64,000 bases of DNA from Phoronis australis (Eukaryota; Animalia; Phoronida). Position 1 is the stretch's first letter. Each line of letters starts with the position of its first letter. Position numbers and translations under genes: made by a program. The notes below the pieces were generated by a model that ran no database searches, had not been told where the DNA came from, and saw only the letters and a program-made list of their open reading frames with translations. Where the stretch lies: assembly GCA_002633005.1 (NCBI GenBank), contig NMRA01000419.1, positions 103,976 to 167,975 of the forward strand, given 5' to 3'. Shown in pieces: positions 53,686 to 64,000 of this stretch.

Positions 53686-55158
53686 GGACGCAATAAGATT
53701 CAACGGAACAGTAGACACAGAAACGTTACCATGCAATTCTTAATCGAGACAACACATCTCTGCGTTCTGATGTTGCAAGATTATTATCAGGATACCAAAC
53801 CCACAAATTAGAAACGACTTAATTATCCAATTCTCTGAAAAATAATGCTTTGTAGCCCCGTACAAGCCTCAAAAGTGGAAGTCTGTTCAACGGGTAAGCG
53901 TGACCTACGTTACTCGGCGAAAGACCACCCACCAAGAACCATAATAGCCCCTCTCTGGCACAGGGAGTGTGAGTTCTTAACCGATTCATGCTTTTATCCT
54001 GCAAGATTTACGCCAATGATGCATTAGCAAATGACAGAAGTATCATTTTGTGATTTGGAGGTCGTCACTACAGCTAAACAAAACGAGACTCAAAGGATTT
54101 TTAACCTGACTGAAAACATGCCACGTCGCTTGAATCAAGGAGACAGGTACCTTTGACCTGAAAACATGCCACGTCGCTTGAATCACGGAGACAGGTACCT
54201 TTGACCTGAAAACATGCCACGTCGCTTGAATCAAGGAGACAGGTACCTTTGACCTGAAANNNNNNNNNNNNNNNNNNNNNNNNNNNNNNNNNNNNNTTCT
54301 TTGTTGCATTATAGTAACTGGTCTTGGCTAATTATCATTTTATGGCCTGGTCATCCATTCAGCCCAAAGTAGTTCCAGAGGTGGCTTATCAGCCAATTAT
54401 TCACGCATGCTGACTCACAATAGAAGCCTGATAAGAGTGAAGGTGGATAAATGCGGTGTTCCTACAGTTTCTTGTTTTAGTGGATGTGTTCACGACATGG
54501 ACGCAATAAGATTCAACGGAACAGTAGACACAGAAACGTTACCATGCAATTCTTAATCGAGACAACACATCTCTGCGTTCTGATGTTGCAAGATTATTAT
54601 CAGGATACCAAACCCACAAATTAGAAACGACTTAATTATCCAATTCTCTGAAAAATAATGCTTTGTAGCCCCGTACAAGCCTCAAAAGTGGAAGTCTGTT
54701 CAACGGGTAAGCGTGACCTACGTTACTCGGCGAAAGACCACCCACCAAGAACCATAATAGCCCCTCTCTGGCACAGGGAGTGTGAGTTCTTAACCGATTC
54801 ATGCTTTTATCCTGCAAGATTTACGCCAATGATGCATTAGCAAATGACAGAAGTATCATTTTGTGATTTGGAGGTCGTCACTACAGCTAAACAAAACGAG
54901 ACTCAAAGGATTTTTAACCTGACTGAAAACATGCCACGTCGCTTGAATCAAGGAGACAGGTACCTTTGACCTGAAAACATGCCACGTCGCTTGAATCACG
55001 GAGACAGGTACCTTTGACCTGAAAACATGCCACGTCGCTTGAATCAAGGAGACAGGTACCTTTGACCTGAAAACATGCCACGTCGCTTGAATCAAGGAGA
55101 CAGGTACCTTTGACCTGAAAACATGCCACGTCACTTGAATCAAGGAGACAGGTACCTT
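53686..55158 (+). repeat. Identical ~570-bp duplication flanking an N gap, each copy ending in a 48-bp minisatellite
   Basis: 53686-54259 equals 54499-55072 (offset 813). Unit CTGAAAACATGCCACGTCGCTTGAATCAAGGAGACAGGTACCTTTGAC, at least 3 and about 5 copies. Confidence 0.9.
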
Positions 55159-55509
55159 TAAGCTAAGACAATGCTCTAAATATTTCTGTGGGACGGTATT
55201 ATGACTGCAGATTAAATAATGTGGTTTCGATGAACTACTGACTTACATAGGTAAACGTTTTTCATTCGTGTCCTACGCTACGAAACGCACCCTCGGTAAT
55301 TCACTGTTGGGAGCTACTAGGCATACGGAAAGTGGTTGCAAAAACTGAGTGGTGCTTTAGACCGAAAAAATATGCTATGTGTGGTCCAATTTTTAAAAAC
55401 AACCTACGTCAGAATACAGTTTGTCGCCAACATGCCTCAGCGGAGTCAGTTTTCTAGTGTTTGAACCTCTGGGATGAAGATGGAAATAACAAGCAGGATT
55501 AAATGTCCC

Positions 55510-55817
55510 CAGTCGTGGATTTAGGGGGGGGGCAAAGGGGGACATGCCCCCACCCCCTAAAATTCTCCCAGATACCATTTGGCAGTTCGGGGTGCGAATT
55601 GCTGACTAGCATATGGCGCACCCAGCGGGGCTCGGGGAGCGAATGCACAATACATAGACCTTGAACAAACCCGTCAACTGGTAATAAGGTTCACAAACCC
55701 AAAAATTCGAGACCCCTGCATCCCTACATTTTAGGCTGGGCGCGCGCATGTGGCGAAGTTCTGGTTATTTTTGTGCCCTGGCATCCCCCCTAATTCAAAG
55801 TCCTGGATCCGCCCCTG
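55510..55817. mobile_element. hAT-like MITE with 5-bp TSD and a nested MITE
   Basis: Termini CAGTCGTGGATTTAGG / CCTGGATCCGCCCCTG. TSD GTCCC at 55505-55509 and 55818-55822. Confidence 0.85.
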
Positions 55818-55894
55818 GTCCCTAACGATCTCCGGCAATGCACTCCGCCCAATTTTCGATGTAATCCTTATTCCTTAGAGCATTGAAGACCTAC

Positions 55895-56082
55895 CGTATT
55901 CGCCTCAAATTCTTTTATTACGCTGTCTGTGTGCGCTAAGGAACATAACCGTCTTTCGCCTAAACTTTTGAAAAGTCGAAATTTTCTAATAAGTAGGTAT
56001 CTCGCTTTCCATTGTCTTTTAATTTCTGGCTTGACTATTTTCTTGAAGTCTGTTTTCGAGAGTCGGAATAGCTCACAAGTCT
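55895..56082 (-). CDS. CNBD2-like exon (end of first fold, start of second)
   Basis: TTTCCAG acceptor, GTAGGT donor. Reads ETCELFRLSKTDFKKIVKPEIKRQWKARYLLIRKFRLFKSLGERRLCSLAHTDSVIKEFEANT. Phase 1 to 0. Confidence 0.8.
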
Positions 56083-56949
56083 CTGGAAATTAAAGGATAT
56101 TCAGTGTTGTTGTCCGATAACTATTAGCTTGAGATGTCAAAGGGTTTCACCTTAATTGAAAATGTTTGCAAAAATATCCTGAAAAAGAGTACCAGCAAAT
56201 TGTTCTCATTACTGGAAAATAATAGCGTTTTCTCATCGATTCCGGGGTTGTCCAAGGTTGTTTACCAAGACATCAAAGAAGGGAAATGTCAAGGTTGATG
56301 CTCATCAAAAAAGTGTTGTCACCAGGCGCAATACGGGGCCAGGATCTAATTTTTTAAATGAAATCGAATTCGACATTATTGTTGAGATTTATCCTTTTAC
56401 TTTGGTATTTGCTCAAGGAATGTTGAGTGTATCCCCTAGGCAGACTGCTGCGGTGTTATCTTAGATTGCTCCTGATGACACCAACATTAAAGTTATAATT
56501 TCGAGTCTGTACCCAAAATTTCCAGCTTTTCTTTGAGATTGTACAGTGTAGTTCCAATCCAAAGGTAATCAATTGGGCACCTAAACAGGGATTTGCGTAA
56601 TCCACAGACTAATATTCGAAAGCTTAGAATAGTGGATAATTATCTTGACTTCGTATTAAGAGAAACGGAAAATGTCAACTATGTTTTCAAGTTCAATTAC
56701 GAGGAAAAAGCTTAAATCCCAGCTCAACATCGCCGCAGGCCTGCTTACAGGCTTTGGGCTGGAGACAACATCAGCATAGTTGGTCGAATCACTGCTAGTT
56801 CCCGGAATTGCACGCTATGGGTGTACATGTACGTTCGGAGGAACGGGCGACAGTAAATGAAGGGTTTCCAGTCATTGTAGAGGTTACAGCTCGTGAGGCT
56901 TCTCGCATCAAAAATGCACTTCTCGGGGGTGGCGACGGGCACTACCGGG

Positions 56950-57482
56950 AATAAACAGCGAAGGTGTGGCACCATTTTCCAGGCGTTGTTTTGCAAGAAC
57001 CTTCATCAATCCGGCGTACATATCTGTTTCGTAATCCGAAGGCAGAAAATATTGCCACACACTCGATAATTCTCTGCTGCTCTGTACGTTTCGTGGGCGG
57101 GTAAACTACGTTCTGCACACGAACGAGCCAAGTATGGCGGAGTGTGTCATCTTTCGGAAAGGATGTAATGACATACCCAAAGTGCGCGTAAGACGACAAT
57201 TAGTACAACCCGGCACGCAGCAACCGTACGGTATGTTGACTGACTGGTAAACAAACTGAACACAAACGAGGTAAAACAATGGCTGACTCGACAGCTCACA
57301 CAGTCAGACTATCATATATGAAAACGAAATGGCACGAAATTGTTAACCCCCTAAACGTCACTTCCGGAGTAGAGCGCGCCTAATATTAGAATGACGGGAA
57401 GTTGTAATAAACTAAGAATATGTCTGGGATAATCAACGAACCCAATTTTTACTAAAAATGACGGAAAAGGTTGCCTTCTCCT
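56950..57482 (-). mobile_element. THAP-encoding Kolobok-like fragment in a host intron
   Basis: Minus strand PYGCCVPGCTN...FPKDDTLRHTWLVRV (THAP, frameshifted). Terminus TTAA-AGGAGAAGGCAACC at 57486 to 57469. No second terminus found. Confidence 0.6.
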
Positions 57483-58084
57483 TTAACCCGCCGAAGCCGT
57501 ATACATGTAGTATGGCGCGGCCGTCACATGAATACCAGTTGTTTTATTGCAAATAATTTACAATTCAAAAACGGGGACACGTTGCTCAGGAAAGCAAAAA
57601 AACTATGACGGAAATTGTTTTGGACATGATTTGTATCAACTTGAAGTTTAATGGTCGCGTGGGCTCAGTGTTTTGAAAACCTTAAAAGTAGTGAATTTTT
57701 ATAGTCCCGCTGACAATAAGTCGTAAAGGTAAAACACAAGCGGGGCAATTGGGGCGAGAAATTGTCGCTTATGGATCAGAAAGAGTAAATTGCACTCCAT
57801 AATTCAACATTTCAGGCTTGCAGACCAATCATACCACTGGCCGCCATTTTGATAGTGTAAACTACTATGGCATGCAAACGCGCATGCTCACAAACCACTC
57901 GACTTTCATTTGCGTAATTTTGAGTAATCTTGGTTTCCTCACAAATGCCTTGCGTTAAGGTAAAGCATCCCTGTTCCGTTTTCGCTCTTCTAAGCAAGCG
58001 CAGCGTCGCAGAATGCACACCTGGTGTATTAGCTAATGGAAGTTTAATCAGGAGACCACGTGACTCCCTCAAGTTGCCACTAAC

Positions 58085-58213
58085 CTTTGATGGAGTATGT
58101 CGACTTATAAGTGGACTTTTTCATTATTGGTACGTCACCAATTGTATTGCCAGGTCCAACCTCAGTGATCCTGAAGCAAACGTCATGTTCTTCGTCGTAG
58201 TCCCCAACATGGA
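58085..58213 (-). CDS. CNBD2-like exon (phosphate-binding-cassette region)
   Basis: GTTTCAG acceptor, GTTAGT donor. Reads VHVGDYDEEHDVCFRITEVGPGNTIGDVPIMKKSTYKSTYSIK. Phase 1 to 1. Confidence 0.75.
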
Positions 58214-59638
58214 CTGAAACCATAGACAACAGAACGTTAAATGAATTTTCCAATTCTCCAAAACGGTGTCCATTGACAGATATTTTTGGTTAACTTTGCT
58301 GGACCCGAGTTGTCGCTGATAAAATTCAAAGTAAACCGAGCTTTTGTCAGTAAAAATACGTACAAATTTCACAGAATATCCATCTAGGAACTTGATGTGC
58401 ATCACTATTTACAATACAATAATTTTTCAGCCATGCACTTCCCAATAGTAACTCATATGACAATTTTCTTAATGATCGTTAGTTTTTTGATAGACAAAGA
58501 GAAGGAAGCCAACTGAAACAACAGACTAGAAAATAATAAAAATGGTCATTGAGGAGTACAGACAGTCCAATCCATCCGACAATGAGAACATTTTGAGTAA
58601 ACTGAGCCCAAGAAATTTGACCTGTGCTACAAGGATACAGAAGGGCCGTCATTTTCAGAGCACATCCCTGTACCCTATGACACAGCGCCACTTACACTGA
58701 AAAAGGTTCCATGGAAACTTAATGAAGAACAAACAGAATTCCGTGTGTGCGCGCATCAATGCACATGCCTTGTAAGGAAGTATAACGATCACAGCGACAC
58801 CCCTTGCACAGGCTGAACCTGGATGGGGGTTCCTCTGATTTTGTTTACTTTTATCACTGCCCGTTTTAATAAATTGTAATAGTAAACTGAAATGAGTTTC
58901 CCAGATTTTAACCAATGAGAAGCCATTTCGTAGCACTGTGAAAGATTGATTGTACACATTTTTATTGAATTTTGGTTTCTTGGCGCCAAACCCGGTACCC
59001 TTTAGACAAGGGGATATTGACAAAAATCCGGTGAGTAATGACAAATTTTAACCTATATTTTTGGAGTTTAGAGTAAAAGAGCATTCGAATGACGGTCTCT
59101 TTTTTGCAACGGGGCAGTCGTGATTTTAGGTAAAAAAGATTAAATTCGAACTGTTTTGGTCAGTTTTGGCATCTCTATTTTCTCACTATGGATGTAGCAG
59201 GGTTTTGATGAATTTCTCCATTTTTGTGAAACCCCATAGAGTGCACTGGTTATGCCTTTCTCACGTGTCAGCTACAGCTGCGCAAAAGGGGCTAATTGAT
59301 CAACACAGACCAGTAATAAGGTCAAAATCAGCCACCGGTACTGTGGTCTTAGTCCCTAACAAAGCAAAATTGGGTAGCCAGTGTTGTGTCTTACCCTGAC
59401 CACGTTGGCTCACTACACCAGTAAGTGGTTGGTCGGTGAGATTGGAATGTTGACTTATATGATCACAGTTTACTAGCGTTTTCCGTTCCATAACCCGCGA
59501 AGAATCTCGCCACAAGTGTGTGAGTGATGTCTCGGGCGTATGGAACGCAACCCAGACAGTCGTACAGATGAAGGTACGTATAAAATGCGTAGGTACATGT
59601 GCACTCGCTGGTACACAATTTACACTTTAAAGCGACAT

Positions 59639-59752
59639 CATGGGCGGCGCAGCTCCCCCCTACGGTGCACCCCCCCATACAGATCATGCGGAGCGGCACA
59701 TGAAAAAAGTGGGGGGCTTTAGCCCCCAGCCCCCTATGATGCGCCGCCCATG
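59639..59752. mobile_element. 114-bp MITE with 5-bp TSD
   Basis: TIR CATGGGCGGCGCA / TGCGCCGCCCATG. TSD GACAT at 59634-59638 and 59753-59757. Confidence 0.85.
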
Positions 59753-60364
59753 GACATCAGCTGGTAGGAGACCTAATGCAATGCTGTGCCTGGAGAGTTA
59801 TGGTTTTGTTGAGACTACCCTGTCTATAGGCCTGCATAATTACATGCAAGTTATGTCTTGACCCGATCGACGACTTGACCGATGCCCAAAAAATATGTTA
59901 AGAAATTAACGTTGTGTGAAAACCTTACAAACGTGTGTTTTGAAAGATCAGTATTCAAAACAGTCCCCAAACTCAAAGTCAAACCTTCCTGACGATCCGC
60001 CAAGTACTGACGGTCGAATCGAATTGGGCGGAGTTCCAAGAAGCTCGCGAAGGATGCTAGTGAGATCACGGATCTTGTCTACAATACATGGCAAGCTTGC
60101 ATTCTCGCGAGCTTATTGCGTCTACGGAACCACGCCTGGTTTTTGTTAGCCTTCATCAATGCGTGCAACAGATGAGCCTACACTGTCACGGTAATATTTG
60201 TTATTTAGACACAAGCTTTCTGAACATCAGTGAAAGAGAAGCCGATTTTATGTCTACAATAAAAACCAGTGTCATGCTACGAACGCTGTCCACACAACAC
60301 GATTTTAAACAGCCCGTCGTGACTAATGTGTGCCGTGCGTTCGCTCAAAATGACAAGTTCTTAC

Positions 60365-60551
60365 CAATTTTTTTCTCATACGTCGTAACACATATTATTC
60401 CCGACAATATGAAATACATGTTCAGCGGAGGCCTGCCCTGGCGAACTAGTATTCTGGATGGACCAAATCGTTGGTAGTTTACGACTCGACTCAATTTCTC
60501 ACGCATAGCGGGTGGATATGAGGAAAAACACGATATTCGGTCAAGGGCTCG
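60365..60551 (-). CDS. CNBD2-like exon (start of first cNMP fold)
   Basis: TTGCAG acceptor, GTAAGA donor. Reads RALDRISCFSSYPPAMREKLSRVVNYQRFGPSRILVRQGRPPLNMYFILSG, a canonical cNMP-domain N-terminal pattern. Phase 0 to 1. Confidence 0.85.
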
Positions 60552-60763
60552 CTGCAACGAAACAAACCGTTGGTGAATATTAAAAAATCTATTACTTATT
60601 CTCGCGTTGCTGGGTACGCCATCTAAATATTTCTAAAACGGTATGATCACATTACTTTAGTTTTGTCGCCACAATATTAAAAGAAGATCTAAGAGAAAAC
60701 TATGATCTCTACGCAGATCCGGGAAATTTTACATAATTTATCTTTTGAATGAGCAGTGTTAAC

Positions 60764-60827
60764 CTTGATTTTATTATACAAGCGGAAGCGTGCAAAATCT
60801 GAACGACGTAGTCGGCGACAATGAACC
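60764..60827 (-). CDS. Candidate upstream exon of the CNBD2-like gene
   Basis: CATTCAG acceptor, GTTAAC donor. Reads VHCRRLRRSDFARFRLYNKIK. Phase 2 to 0 fits the next exon. Confidence 0.4.
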
Positions 60828-61221
60828 CTGAATGAATGCGCAAAGTGGAACAGAATTACAAATAATTTCGTCCATAACAAATCTGACCAGTTGCTCCGAA
60901 CGTTTCGTTCAAAAATTCTTCAGTGTCCCTTCTTGAATGTTTCTTTTTCTTTTATTTTCACTTAATTACATCCGCAACATCACTGACCGTCGACCTACTT
61001 GTTGAAGCACGTGAACCTCGGGTACCGTCTTGCTCGCAGTTTTAATTCACATTACCCTTCACATATATCTCGCTGGTTCCATACTGACACGCAGGTATAT
61101 CATTCAGTAGCACGCGCTTTATTTCTGGTTGGTGTAACTTCGGCAGTCTTTGGTTAGCTTAACAATGAACTGAGCAGAGACCATAGACTCGCTGGTTCCC
61201 TGCGTGCCGCTAGGTGATCGG

Positions 61222-61752
61222 TAGCCAGCACGCAGGTATCACTTAAATTTCCTCGGGAAATTTTTTACACCGGCTTTTCTGATTGGCAGGTCAAATTCTC
61301 AACAGGCATCGCTTTACGCAAACAAAGTGGCATGACTGATGGAGCAAGTGTAAATGTGGTCTGCTATTGTACAGACAAATCCCGGTGCTTAAAATTTATG
61401 TTCAGGAAATCTGAATCCCAGAACTGTGGTTGCGCCTTTTCGGAGTGCATCTTTCTACTGTCGATGACTTTTGTTTACGATACTGTCCTGTATTCATACA
61501 GTATGAACAGCACACCGGTTAAATCGTCCAGATATGTGTTTACTCAGTGTACATGTATGTGCTTCAAGCACGCGGCTATTAAACATTACTGCAGAAACGA
61601 AATAGCTGCTGCTCCGCCATTTGCATGACAAGGCTAAAAATCGTTCATAGTCCGCAATTTTTTCACGTTGTTGTAAATGCGGCTAACCAATGACTGCCGA
61701 GGTTACACTAACCAACGCTAAAGCGCGTGCTACTGCGTGATACCTGCCTGCT
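61222..61752 (-). mobile_element. MITE copy 2, homologous to 1911-2435
   Basis: TAGCCAGCACGCAGGTATCA ... TGATACCTGCCTGCTG. Collinear inverted homology over about 520 bp. Confidence 0.8.
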
Positions 61753-61889
61753 GAGAACTTATCAAGACCAGCGTCAAGCAAAATCTAATCAAAGTATGTT
61801 TCACTGGAAGCATTTCGTAACTTCTTCTAGTACGTTAATAACGACCCTAAAACATGTGAATTATAAAAGTGGCATTACTGAAAACTTAC

Positions 61890-61977
61890 TCAAAAGTTCT
61901 GCTGACTTCTTTAGCGAATATTTTCAGACAGTATCGATGTCGGTTGAAGCGCAAGTGCTCGTTCTTGAAAAATTGAC
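61890..61977 (-). CDS. Candidate upstream exon of the CNBD2-like gene
   Basis: ATATAG acceptor, GTAAGT donor. Reads QFFKNEHLRFNRHRYCLKIFAKEVSRTF. Phase 1 to 2 fits 60827. Confidence 0.35.
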
Positions 61978-64000
61978 CTATATTCATGTCAAACATGCCA
62001 ATAGTAGGTGAAATTAATTGGACTTGACCTAATTATAAAATTGTCCTCCCGTAAATGAAGGCTCGTAAATGATAAGCAACCAATTTCCAATGCCAATTTT
62101 TTTCCTAAATGTTCGCAAAAAACTTTCAAAACTGTTTATTGACTTCGCACATCACCATAGCTTTGTAGAGTTATTTTAGTTTCCACATCTTCATGTTAAT
62201 CAACGCACTATTGTTGAGTTTATGCACGTCTCGTAAATGATTCCAAAAAAAATCCACCGCGCCTCTTGAAAAGCAGTGCCACACAGACATTTTCAGATGA
62301 GGCAAAGGTTTAAAAAAATAATGCCATCGCCGTTTTTTGTGTATTACAAATTACTAATCGCGAATTCCCTAAAATATCTCTTGAAACTTTTTTTACAAAA
62401 ACACGCCAATGAGGTCTCGTAAATGATTTGAGATTTGGCTTCACTCAGTCAACATGGTAGTAATTAAAATTTATTTTTTGTTTATAAAAAACGTTGACTT
62501 TCTCTTTAAATATTTCTCGCTGAGTTTCCAAAACGCTATTTTTCCTTTCGATTGGACAAGTTATTATAAGAAAAAAGAGCCTGTTTCTACTTTGTCGTTT
62601 TTTCAGCTTCACACAATTTTATGGAACCCTAGGCTACATGGTGCATTGTGACACCTACCATGTAAACTGTAGCCGGTCATAAGACACAGCACCCACATTA
62701 GACATATTTTTCTTTATTTTAAACGTCTTTTGACGTTGTTTTATGACTTCGGACATTCTCTGTGGTGAGGTGAACATTGGCTTCAGCATTTGTCATGATT
62801 CATTGAGAATGAATGACTAGCGGGCGTGTGTGCAAAAAATATGGCAAGATATGATGGCTCCCGTCGGTAAAAAAGCAATGGTGCTTTTTGCACTGCCTAC
62901 GCCTGCAACAACAGTTAATTGAAAATTCGTGACATGCTCTTTTGCTTCCTCAATGATTAAAATAGACAATGTTCACGATTGAAACTGAGGATATTTCTGC
63001 GTGAAACTGTTGCGAGTCAACCAGTGATGGAGTGGGTGATTTGAACTTAATGTCTTTACCCTTCCCTGCATTTGATCTTTTATACAGAAAATTGTCGTAA
63101 ATTGCATGATTTTGGGAACTACCGTTTAGTTTATTCTGTGCCCATTGATGCTTCTTATTACTTTCATTTCTTTCAGCAGTCTTAATACATTCACATCTAA
63201 ATGTTTACTATATGTTTACTATTACAATGTTTTTACTAATTTCATTATTGTTATATTATCATGTTTTTCTTTTTATCAATACTTTGATATTTATTTGTTA
63301 TTATCTATTTATTTTTATTGATTTATTTTCATTTATCCGCTATTACTTATTTGAATTATTTCTTGTGATCCCATACAGTCAACATCCTGGCTGTCGTTGG
63401 TCAATAATCTATATTGTATGATCATGATATGGATTTCAGAGCATAATAAATATTAATTGTATGGTTTGGAGACCTACTTGATAATTTGTCATAGAAAGTG
63501 GTGAAGGAAGTGTTCTTTTAAAGGCATTGAGCCCTACATCGGTGAGTACTTCGGTAGAATGTGTATTACCTTGGAAACCCGTTACACTTAGTGACGATGT
63601 CGTTTGTTTAGCTTTTTTTTTGTTTTGACGCGGGTCTTAAAACATCAAGTCAGGAAATAAGGCGTCCTTATGTTATTTACTTTGAAGTTGGCCCTCCGAC
63701 ATAGGCTGAATATGCCTTTAACTAACTGCTGATAGTTGATTTTAAAAATGTGAATGATTTACGAGAGCTGGAAAGCATCGTAAAAACTACCTTAAATGTA
63801 CTGCGTATTCAATAGACATCTTATCTGTTTTATGGGGGAATACAAGGCAGAATTGCTGGCAGGCAGGAACTCCATCTCTTGGTGGTTTTCAACCCCCTAC
63901 CCCTCTTGCCTCCAGTTTCATTCACCACAACCCACCCCAATGCGCTACCCAGTTCAGCTAGCATCGGGCACTGATGCTGGGGGTCCAGTGAATCAGACCC

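Noticed and set aside
54109-55158. CRISPR-like array from the 48-bp repeats
   Set aside because: Units are head-to-tail with no unique spacers and no cas genes, in a eukaryotic intron. It is a minisatellite.
59950-60080. Additional CNBD exon (DKIRDLTSILRELLG...FGDCF)
   Set aside because: No convincing donor in the required phase. The flanking exons already join in frame without it.

Overview
AT-rich animal (probably marine invertebrate) genomic DNA, dominated by transposable elements, with two assembly gaps. One host gene is recoverable by manual splicing: a minus-strand, multi-exon CNBD2-like protein with two cNMP-binding folds (confident exons 60551 to 38609) whose introns are filled with TEs. 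The most distinctive element is a Gypsy-like LTR retrotransposon (25724-30372, minus). It has 154-bp LTRs ending CGCCAG...CTGGCG rather than TG...CA, a 3-bp TSD (CTG), a tRNA-Leu-type PBS, an LADD RT motif and a CX2CX9HX4C Gag knuckle (Troyka-like). Other elements: an 8.4-kb TTAA-flanked Kolobok-like element with a decayed, intron-containing transposase; a nearly complete RTEX-like LINE whose ORF1 and ORF2 are in frame across one TAG; hAT and AcademX transposase relics; THAP-domain relics; a G/C-tract MITE family with 5-bp TSDs; Harbinger-like MITEs; solo LTRs; tRNA-derived heads; mini/microsatellites; and a gap-flanking duplication that is probably an assembly artefact. All family assignments come from manual motif recognition; no database searches were run.
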